Below, piece after piece: positions 56,401 through 64,000 of a DNA stretch of 64,000 nt. The notes under the pieces are model-generated. The model did no database searches. It saw only the letters and a program-made list of their open reading frames with translations, and was not told the DNA's origin. Numbering within the stretch: position 1 is the stretch's first letter; the number at the start of each line of letters is the position of its first letter. The DNA lies in the NCBI GenBank assembly GCA_903813345.2, contig CAIIXF020000001.1:40114001-40178000 (forward strand). The letters are read 5' to 3'. This DNA is from Owenia fusiformis. Its lineage: Eukaryota. The position numbers and the translations under genes were made by a program.

Positions 56401-59400
56401 GGTGTATTCTGCATTTAACTAGTCTTGAAGCAATGTATTTTGTCGTCCATTGTCTTGAATATTGAGTCAGAAAATAAGGATAACTTGATGCATGACTAAC
56501 TTCCTCATATAAATTACAGGATGCTGTTTTTTTATTTGAAGGTTGAATTAGTCCTTTGGGGAATGTATTTGCATCAATATATGTATTCAATTTTCAAGAA
56601 CTTAACTTTATGAGTTATTGAATGATTTGAAGTGCAATACACATATATATTCTGCCCAAGAAATTCTATTTTGGAACAAGACATTTTGGCCCACTGGTAG
56701 TGTGTCATCCACTTAAACACCAGTAGCATCTCACTTTTCTCTCCAGACAAGACTGCTCTTCTTGACACCTTTCATTTGGAGGGGTTTCAAGCTGTTCCAA
56801 TCTCAACTAGGGAACAAATTTTACAATTCCACCATTTCTTCCGGAATCCTCTTCATCTAAGATTTCTGACTAAGCCCCAATTTACTTGACATCTCAATCA
56901 TCCTCTTTGGGCAACAGAACCCATCACTGCCACCAATGTCTCGCTTTGCCCTTTCCCGAGTATCCTGAATGCTCATCAAAGAAAAGATCAGGAGCGATCA
57001 ATAATGAATCTTAAAGGTCTTTCTATGAGTGCCGGTGTGAAAGAAATGATGGTCCCCCAGGGATTATGGTCCCCTTTCTTAACGGCCCTTACTGGCCCCA
57101 ATTGCATATAAGATAATGAGGGAAAGAGTTGTATTTAGGTCACCATATAAATCAATGGAGAGTAGGACCATAATTTGATAGGACCTCCTACCCTTTTACA
57201 CCTGCCTTGTTTGGTAGTACCTAAATTAAAGATGCTTCACACGAAACAATTGCATACACATTTTTAATCTATTCCAACATAGATGATACAAAAAAATACA
57301 ATGTCCATATACAATGTCACTATGATCTTTTTCGGCACATCTCTGTGGGAAATATCTTCTCTGCTTTTGGAATGGGTTCAGCTCTAGTAGACTATAGGAG
57401 TCACTTTGTCTATATAGGAAGTATTGTACAGGGTGTCCAAAAAAAACAGGACCGTAAGAAAGTTGAATAACTCAGTCAATTTTGCATATTTTGCCTTGAA
57501 ATTTTAGAATTATGTAGTTCATTCAATGTGAATTTTGTTCTGAATGTTTAATGATAATCTGTTTTTTGTGTCAAAAACTACAGTCCTTTACAAAACATGC
57601 TCAAAGTGGGCACTTCTCCTCTCTATGCACAAACGAATCCTGCGAACAAAGTTGTTAATGACCCTGACATCTACACATTAATGTGGATGGTAAATATTGG
57701 GGTAGTTATTGCCCTCTTAAGATTGTTAGGGGCCTGTCCATATACACATTGGCTTTGAGAAATCCTCAAAGATAAAAATTTGGGGGATTTAGATCAGGCG
57801 AATGAGGTGCCCATATGGTTTGCGTTCTGCAACTGATGAGTTGACCACCAAAGCATTGCCTAAACCATTTCAGCATATCATTTGCAGTGTTGGGGTGGTA
57901 TTGGCTTGTTGAAACCACTGCTTAATTATCTCCTTAGATGTCCTTCTGGTGCTTAGTGACCTCCAAAACTTGGTGAGAACTTACTGGTCCTTGTTCATGG
58001 TGATAGCACGTCCACAGTCATCTTCGAACCAAAAGGGACTGATGATTCCATGTTTCCTCATTGCCACCTAGGCAGTGCATTGTTCAGAATGCAATGGATG
58101 CTGTAACACTTCATCAGGAGGATGTAAGCCCCAGTAGCAATTGTTCTTGGAACAAACTTGTCCATTCAGAAAGACATGTGTGTAGGAGGATCATCAACAA
58201 CTTTGTTCGCCCGATTGAATTGTGCATAGAGATGAGAGGTGCACATTTGGGGCATGTTTTGTAAGGAGCTGTAGTTTTTGACTCAATTGGTACATTATTA
58301 TCAAACTTTCACAACAAAATTCACATTGAATGAACTAAATAATTCTGAAATTTCAAGGCAAAATATGCAAAATTGACCGAGTTATTCAACTTTCTTACGG
58401 TCCTGTTTTTTTTTGGACACCCTATGTATCTGGTCTTGGGCAGTGTCTGGGCTCTAGGAGTAAACTCTGCTCCAAGAGTCTCTCGTAACTTCTCTGAGTA
58501 TTACCAATTCACTCTCTCTCTCAGAGTAATCTCACTTGGGAGGAATTAGAACTCCAGGAGTACCATGATTCTGAAAGTGTAATCTCAGCTCCAGGAGTCG
58601 TCTCGTCCCTGCGGGAAATCACGTTTCTGCTCTTGAACTGAGTCCAGGCTCAGGGAGTATCATCAGTATTGCCCTTAACTGACCATTTTAGTCCATAACC
58701 TAACTTTGCTAAGTTGTTGATAGGTTAACATTTTAACGTCATGGGTCCCCCTACATGTAGCTATGCCTTGTGAATTAGTGAGTAAATGGCATAATACTGA
58801 CAAAAATACCTCATTTTTGTGAATGTTTTACCGTTGCTAGGTGTATCTGGTCAATTTGGACCTAGTTAACTCAGACCTAAAGGTATTCTGGGAGATACAA
58901 GTGACAAAATATTGCCTCTGGAACGAGATCAAACAACTTTGACATATTCTTAACCCTACCTATTTTGCAATTGAGCAATCAACGCAAGTATACATACCAT
59001 ATTTAAGGGCTTTGTATAAAAAAAACCTCCTACCTTATACTCACCTACCCACTATACGTGGGACATGATACAGTCTTTGAAGGGTTCAACTTTCAAGATC
59101 TTAGTTTATTAAATCTTAGTTTATATGATGAATTATAGATGCATTTGTAACGACCCTTGATAGCAAGTTGCTACTATACATCCCAGCTGGGTTCGATTCC
59201 CACTTGGGGCATCGAATTTAGCACACTTCCTTTCAATTTCTTTATCTGACTTGTTGGACCTATGCTCGCGGTCGTTAGTTATTTATTCCCCTGGGGCAAC
59301 CTCGGGTCATTACACATTAAAATGCATCCATATGCTTTTATTATGAGGTAGGAGGTTTTTTATACAAAGCCATATTTAAGCACATAAAGGACACATCCAT

Positions 59401-62400
59401 AAAGATAATTTTGATTGATCAAACCAATTATTCAGATTTTGCTGTGGATTTGATTTTGAATGCTTCAAAATGATTTTCTAATGCTTACTATGATTTCTAT
59501 TCTATTTCTATTCTTTTTCGATAAGCATTTAATCAGGGTGTTGAAGTTAACAAAATATAGAGGTACTACATTACTTCCAATATACAGAATGAAGAAATAT
59601 ATCAATACATTATTGTTGTAAAGTACAGCTTGAAAATAACATTATTGTTTGTAATACATTTTGGGCATATTATTAAAGTTTCATGTAAAATCATACTATT
59701 GGTGACTATGTTTTAGGCATATTTAATCCTATTTGATTTCACAATTAGAATGTATGATTTATGATTGACTCTTGCAATTATATATGATCACTTTTGGTTT
59801 TATATATTAATTTTCACTTTAACGCTCAAAATATCGAAAAAAGATTTAGAAATACATTGGTACAAGTTGACTAGGGTCGATGTTAACTAGGGTGCGAGTT
59901 GACTAGGAATCGTTGCTATGTGTTTGCTAGGCATATGTTATGACTACACGATGCCTATTGTGTAAACATACAGGTCGTCAACTAAGTCTGTTCTCATCTT
60001 AGCTTTTTTATTTTGGAAGTTATCATACTTTCCCATGTATCATTTTAAAGCTTATGTAAAATGCTGCTCACCCTTAGAATATCAAAAATGAACTCTTTCT
60101 AAATTGCTACAATGTTTCTTGTAAAGTTGTAGTTGACCATTGATAACGTCAAAAGAAGTTAAATTACCAGAATAGTGAATGGATGGTAAAAAGTTAATGA
60201 TACTGCAATTATGGAGGACAGGGACATAACATTAATTGAAGACTAACAAGAGGAGAAACTTTATAGCCATGAAACATTGCTCAAATGTATCAAAAGGCTC
60301 CCAGAAGCCTGGAAAGTGCAACACTCCTGTTTCTGAACATTTTGGAATTGTATCCTCGTAAAATGAGACTGCCTGAGCTGCTTGGGGGAAACATACAAAC
60401 TATTAAAAATGTGAAATATGGACATCACTAAAAATGCTCTAAAAATTTGGAATTTAACCTATCATTCAGAAATTTGGTATGTGATCAGCAAATTGAATTC
60501 CCTTTAAAATGATTTTTGATGTCCCTATGTTATTTCTAAATCAAAAAAGTTAAGGGGGAGGGAGAACAGACTTATTTGATGCCCTGTTCATTGTATTTAT
60601 GAAGCTCAGATGTGTTTTGTGGTTGCATAAATTGTAAATAGCATAATATTCGGCAAAATACCTCATTTTCGGCAGCTTTTGACCGTTTTTAGACGGTTCC
60701 TAGGCAGGTATTGTCTTGCAGAGTGCCCGTTTTGAACACACACATTGGTATTTTTTAGATTATTATATTTTAATCTTAAATGAGTGTTTTGATGACATAA
60801 CCTGTGAGTAAATGGTAGAATACTGGCTGAACTATCTCATTTTTGGCAAACTTTAGGACATTGCTATGTAGTTTCTAGGCAACACAGATGACATCACAAT
60901 AACCAGTGTACAAAGACAGTAATATACTGTAGGGTCAATGCTGAGGAGTGATTCTTTCTCCATATCTAGATGTTTGAGTGCCTATACAATGATGAAACTA
61001 GGGCAAAATGGCCATAATAGGGCATTTTAATCCATTCCTAAGTGGTTGCTAGGCAACATGATGACATCACAAGTTCTTAACCACTTTATATTCGATGGGG
61101 GTACTATACTGGACATATGTGCCACGTTTTGTTTTCCAACGTCTAAATGGTTTGGTAGCAAACACCAAACACATATACACACAGATAGACAGAGAATCAG
61201 TAAATTTTAGTAAGATGCGATTAACTATGGATTCAGCATTTTACGATAGTGTAGCCATGGGTTTAAGAGGCTCTAGAACAAAAGTGTATACGTTTTATGT
61301 AACATCAAAGGTATCACAGGAAAGAACACATTAACATGAACAAAAATAATCTCATTTTATTTGATAAGAATATTCACTAAGGTATTTAATTGATATTGAT
61401 GTGGAGCAATTCGCTAAATATACCTTAAAATGGGAATTTGAGGATATTATGACGTCATAATTACCGGGTGAACAATTGAAACCGACTTAATAGTACATAG
61501 GGTGACGGGATATTTTATTACCTTCGATATGGTACCAATATCATTAAGAATAGTTAAAAATTAAAAAAGTTATGGCCAATATTGTGTTTATCATACTTTA
61601 TGGATTATGAAAAGTGGGCGTGGCACTTTGCATCCGTTTCCATGGCAACCGGCCATTTTTCAAAACTTTTCATTGTCATATTTGGAATCTACATATTAAT
61701 ATTATGAAAGTACAACATGTTTCGAGCGGTTGCAGTCAATCTTAATTAAAGTTCCATATTTGACCCTGCTCCCACTCGCCTATAAGTCGAGTGCCAATAC
61801 AGAATATCGAGAGTAGAATATATCCTGTATTGCGCTTAAAATCATTCTATAATGTTTTAAGCGTGTGATCTTAGGCCAATACATTTACTTAGGAGATAAT
61901 CCCTAGGAAATATTTTGTATTCTCTGTATTGCTTCTGAGATGTTCCTTTCGTATCAATATTTTCTGTAATGCGACAGAGATGATCAATGGGGACAATCTC
62001 AGTAGCAATACAGATTGGTACAGCACAAGAACTGACAAATCAGAGGGCTTCGTTTTACAGATCATACAATAAAAAAAGTATACTATTTAGCTCTCTCCAG
62101 CTTTTCAAAATTACCAAACCATGCATCGTCTTCTATATTTAGGAGACTCACTCTGTTGGCAGTGCAAGCTGTGAGGTATGTCACATGGTACGTGCTGGTG
62201 TAGGTCTGTGGGTGAGCATGAAGGGAGAGTCTGTGCTACGTCTCTACCACCTGGAGACTTTCCAGCATCTCCAGGATATTAACATTGCATCTGCAGTACA
62301 CAGGGTCATCTCAGGTAGGCATCAACATTGGTGTTATACTCAGTTAGGAGCTAATAGCCGAATTGTGTAATATTTATGTACAGTTTTGCGTTCTTTTACA

Positions 62401-63563
62401 TACAGAATCAGAGTGTGACATAAGTTCCAGTCAAGGGTTCCATCTGATTTTTTCAGCATTTGTGATAGAATAACGTGGCAATGGGTTCAGTTTGTAGGTC
62501 TAGCATATTCTGGGGGTCATTAACAGATACTTCGTAATGTTACGAATTCGCAAATCAATTGTTGTAACCATGGACATAATGAAGTCACAATGGACTTCAG
62601 GAATTTAGAAGTTTCTGTTAATGGCCTCTTGATCAAGATACTGATCACCTGATAAACATGTATTGTAACTTTATGCCAAGGATTGTGTAATAGAAATCTT
62701 GCTCATTATTGTTTGTAGGTCAAGAACAGGGGAATGAGCCAACAGATCTCGGTGTGACATCATTACTCTCTAGTCGTGGTTTACTTTGGATTGGTACCAG
62801 TTGTGGCCTCATCCTAACCCTCCCCCTGCCCCGTCTCGAGGGGGTTCCTCTCATAAGTGGACGACCAAACGTGTCACTTCATGGACATTGCAGTAGTGTA
62901 GTTTTCTTAGCACCAATTTATTGTGGTGTAATTCATGATTATTTCCCGCTCAAACAAGAACCTGTTGAGGATCTTGAGGAAGATATTTCTTATGAAAAAG
63001 GACCTGATGAATCTCCATGTGAAACTGTAAGCAATGTGGACACAAGATGTTTGACACTATCAGACAATGCCATATTGGATTCACGAACAGATTTATCAAA
63101 TGATATAAGCACACATGCCGCAGTGAGGTCCCGTTCCTTGCCACACTTACTTAATGTGGAGGATGAAGTTAGCACCTTATATGGCTGTCTAATGCAAAAT
63201 GACATTGTAATAAATGCAATGCAACGATACTCTGTCCCTACAGGGCCTAGTGGCACCATGCTTGATGGACATAAATCCACAATAGGTGGCAGCACTAAAC
63301 ATTCCTCAATTATGGAAGAGTGTCCAATATATGAAGGCCAGGAAGAGGAGGAACACACTCCAGGGCAGAAACCAATCAGTCGTTCTGTCAGTAGGAGAAC
63401 TGTTAAGGGAGATATTCTGCCAGGGGGTGTATCGTCAAAGCTAGCTCTAGCCAAGTCTGTTGTGATTGTGAGTGGTGGAGATGGTCATGTAAATTGGAAT
63501 ACCAATACAGATGTCAGGTATGAGGATATCTTACTGCTCATGTGGCAGTTTAAACAAGGCTAA
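29441..63563 (+). CDS. ARHGEF10: Rho guanine nucleotide exchange factor 10-like (disordered N-terminus, DH, PH-like, WD40-like propeller), ~1,444 aa, 21 coding exons
   Basis: Exons 29441-30440, 37289-37533, 38127-38309, 38692-38769, 44662-44841, 45413-45529, 47041-47133, 47670-47804, 48814-48897, 49120-49211, 50237-50362, 51319-51454, 51743-51849, 53575-53666, 53943-54055, 54615-54717, 55398-55536, 55895-56046, 56255-56397, 62143-62314, 62719-63563. All GT-AG and in phase (4,335 nt). DH motifs ([67 protein letters not shown]) and C-terminal [26 protein letters not shown] and [10 protein letters not shown] match the remembered ARHGEF10/10L family. Confidence 0.93.
30550..30722. mobile_element. 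CAGG-terminal MITE with 5-bp TSD
   Basis: gtaca|CAGGCCCGTAGCC ... GGCTACGGGCCTG|gtaca. Confidence 0.85.
31916..32960 (+). repeat. ~172-bp tandem array (about 6 units), left foldback arm
   Basis: TGACCATATCTCAC recurs at 31921, 32094, 32266, 32438, 32616 and 32788. Confidence 0.92.
33188..33287 (-). pseudogene. Degenerate tRNA-like sequence (tRNA-Ser-like pseudogene or SINE head)
   Basis: Minus strand GCCGGGT-TGGCCTAGTGGTTAAGGC (A box, D-arm) ... CTTGGGTTCAAACCCAGG (B box, T-arm) TCACAGCA. The acceptor stem is mismatched and the anticodon/variable region is expanded. Confidence 0.6.
33312..33625. mobile_element. Hairpin plus short-inverted-repeat element, copy B, inserted in the foldback left arm
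   Basis: Palindrome GTTATGTCACTATGACGTGAAATATGCCT...AGGCATATTTCACGTCATAGTGACATAAC (33312-33423), then GATGTATTACAT (33425) with inverted mate ATGTAATACATC ending at 33625. Confidence 0.65.
34850..35792 (-). repeat. ~172-bp tandem array (about 5 units, inverted), right foldback arm
   Basis: GAGATATGGTCA recurs at ~172-bp spacing and is the reverse complement of the left-arm unit. It explains the duplicated pseudo-ORFs at 35058 and 35383. Confidence 0.9.
38389..38594. mobile_element. Short TA-flanked MITE (TACTGTA type)
   Basis: ta|CTGTAAAAGTGGTA ... TACCACTTATACAG|ta. Confidence 0.7.
40115..40340. mobile_element. CAGG-terminal MITE with 5-bp TSD
   Basis: ggttt|CAGGGCTCTCACCAGG ... CCTGGTGAGAGCCCTG|ggttt. 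Confidence 0.85.
40670..41018. mobile_element. CAGG-terminal MITE with 6-bp TSD, ~90 bp downstream of the nested GPCR stop codon
   Basis: catttt|CAGGCCTGTCAACT ... AGTTGACAGGCCTG|catttt, with internal AGGTGTTC repeats. Confidence 0.85.
41109..43629 (-). CDS. Class-B (adhesion/Methuselah-like) 7TM receptor with somatomedin-B-like and Cys-rich ectodomain, ~740 aa, nested antisense in an ARHGEF10 intron
   Basis: Exon 1 43629-43473 (signal peptide [21 protein letters not shown]; donor ACA G|gtaaat) joins exon 2 43174-41109 (ttcag|AT ACA) in phase. SMB-like motif [21 protein letters not shown]; two YKNxxCAxCN motifs; seven TM segments with 7tm_2 hallmarks ([49 protein letters not shown]). Confidence 0.92.
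45635..46725 (-). mobile_element. Internally deleted mariner element with transposase relic
   Basis: ta|CGAGGGGTGATCCAAAAGTCTTGGACGCC ... GGCGTCCAAGACTTTTGGATCACCCCTCG|ta, with long imperfect TIRs. The minus-strand relic [15 protein letters not shown] corresponds to the mariner YSPDLAPxD motif. Confidence 0.9.
48286..48650. mobile_element. TTAA-flanked MITE (Kolobok-like termini)
   Basis: ttaa|AGGGGCAATAAG ... CTTGTTGCACCT|ttaa. Confidence 0.7.
49259..50047. mobile_element. CAG-terminal MITE with 5-bp TSD
   Basis: gtatt|CAGGGGCGTAGGAA ... TTCCTACGCCACTG|gtatt, with subterminal CAACACTACGC near both ends. Confidence 0.85.
50550..51111. mobile_element. hAT-like MITE interrupted by MITE family X copy 2
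   Basis: TAGGGGTTTCACTAG ... CTAATGAAACCCCTG termini, with ACAACAGGC subterminal repeats on both sides of the insert. Confidence 0.65.
50665..51057. mobile_element. MITE family X, copy 2 (inverted relative to 24105-24496)
   Basis: Same TIR AAGGACGATTCTCGGTTTGGAGAAC; the body is a close reverse complement of the 24.1-kb copy. Confidence 0.88.
54211..54543. mobile_element. Hairpin plus short-inverted-repeat element, copy C
   Basis: Palindrome at 54211-54295 with loop GAGCGTAGCGAAC, then CCACTCTAAGTTCAATTACAGTTG (54302) with inverted mate CAACTGTAATTGGACTTAGAGTGG ending at 54543. Confidence 0.65.
57429..58424 (-). mobile_element. Defective Tc1/mariner-superfamily element with transposase relic
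   Basis: Long TIRs (>200 bp) beginning CAGGGTGTCCAAAAAAAACAGGACCGTAAGAAAG. Minus-strand relics [14 protein letters not shown] and [23 protein letters not shown] (WPxxSPDLNP motif), with stops and frameshifts. Confidence 0.9.
59008..59371. mobile_element. Mutator-type MITE with perfect 9-bp TSD
   Basis: atatttaag|GGCTTTGTATAAAAAAAACCTCCTACCT ... AGGTAGGAGGTTTTTTATACAAAGCC|atatttaag. Confidence 0.88.
59146..59314. mobile_element. 169-bp TGT...ACA element with 4-bp TSD (Ginger-like MITE or tiny solo LTR) containing a tRNA B-box
   Basis: catt|TGTAACGACCC ... GGGTCATTACA|catt, with internal GGGTTCGATTCCC. Confidence 0.75.
59971..60586. mobile_element. Degenerate Tc1-like non-autonomous element
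   Basis: ta|CAGGTCGTCAACTAAGTCTGTTCTC ... GAGAACAGACTTATTTGATGCCCTG, imperfect TIRs. Confidence 0.7.
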
Positions 63564-63690
63564 GAGATTTCATTATGAACATTGGAAGTTACAAGTGCCT
63601 TTATTAGCTGACTATGTATATTTAACAATCAACTCGACATTACATATGGGTTTGCCTAAGGTAAAGCAAGAAAAGTGACCTATTATTACA

Positions 63691-63990
63691 TGTTAAGCAA
63701 TGATATTGCATTGTTTTGCAATGACATTGCTTTGTTTTGCAATGACATTACCTTGTTTTGCAATGATATTGCCTCGTTTTGCAATGACATTGCTTTGTTT
63801 TGCAATGATATTGCCTTGTTTTGCAATGACACCGCCTGGTTTTGCAATGACATTGCCTTGTTTAGCAATGATACTGCCTTGTTTAGCAATGATATTGCCT
63901 TGTTTTGCAATGACATTGCCTTATTTTGCAATGACATTGCCTTGTTTAGCAATGATATTGCCTTGTTTAGCAGTGATATTGCCTTGTTTT
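63691..63990. repeat. 21-bp minisatellite (about 14 copies) just downstream of the ARHGEF10-like stop codon
   Basis: Unit approximately GCAATGAYATTGCCTTGTTTW, containing the internal palindrome GCAAT..ATTGC. It produces the spurious (LQNKAMS)n ORF. Confidence 0.95.
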
Positions 63991-64000
63991 ACTGGTTATA

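Larger units (their letters stand above)
58841..59910. mobile_element. Mutator-like MITE (8-9 bp TSD) inserted in the Helentron-like element
   Basis: Flanked by CGTTGCTA(G/T) on both sides. Ends carry GTCAA/CTAGTTAAC subterminal repeats in inverted orientation. Confidence 0.6.
58779..61216. mobile_element. Helentron/HINE-like repetitive element disrupted by several nested insertions
   Basis: Repeated modules GTGAGTAAATGG...ATACCTCATTTT...GTTGCTAGG(CAAC)...ATGACATCAC at ~58780, ~60640, ~60805 and ~61045. Ends with an ACAC/ACAG microsatellite-like tail at 61170-61216. Confidence 0.45.

Noticed and set aside
56690..57000. Possible LINE (RTE-like) 3' relic on the minus strand
   Set aside because: Only a vague resemblance with multiple stops; no RT motif or tail could be confirmed by eye.
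58440..58670. Degenerate CTCCAGGAGT-type short repeats
   Set aside because: Irregular period, and no termini or function could be assigned; probably a decayed repeat.
63686..63952. (LQNKAMS)n heptad ORF
   Set aside because: Translation of a 21-bp minisatellite, with no gene context.

Overview
AT-rich, intron-rich animal genomic DNA, not prokaryotic. Gene and repeat content suggests a marine invertebrate, probably a lophotrochozoan, but the taxon cannot be fixed from sequence alone. Five spliced protein-coding genes could be assembled by hand with GT-AG junctions and consistent exon phases: (1) the first three coding exons of eIF3E on the minus strand, running off the left edge; (2) a ~1,300-aa low-complexity protein with no homologue I recognise (+ strand), built from GYxP repeats, Asp/Lys repeats, Trp-punctuated poly-Gln helices, recurring Ala/Val hydrophobic motifs and Glu/Thr heptads; (3) a complete 9-exon GALE (-); (4) a complete 21-coding-exon ARHGEF10-like RhoGEF (+, 29.4-63.6 kb); (5) a two-exon somatomedin-B/Cys-rich class-B (adhesion/Methuselah-like) GPCR nested antisense in an ARHGEF10 intron that splits the DH domain. 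The introns are full of non-autonomous DNA transposons. These include a ~4.9-kb foldback element whose arms carry ~172-bp satellite-like units and a tRNA-like insert, Tc1/mariner relics, CAGG-ended MITEs with 5-6 bp TSDs, Kolobok-, Mutator- and Academ-like MITEs, a multi-level nested insertion stack, and three hairpin elements with unrelated sequences but one shared architecture. Superfamily assignments rest on termini and TSD rules only; no database searches were run.
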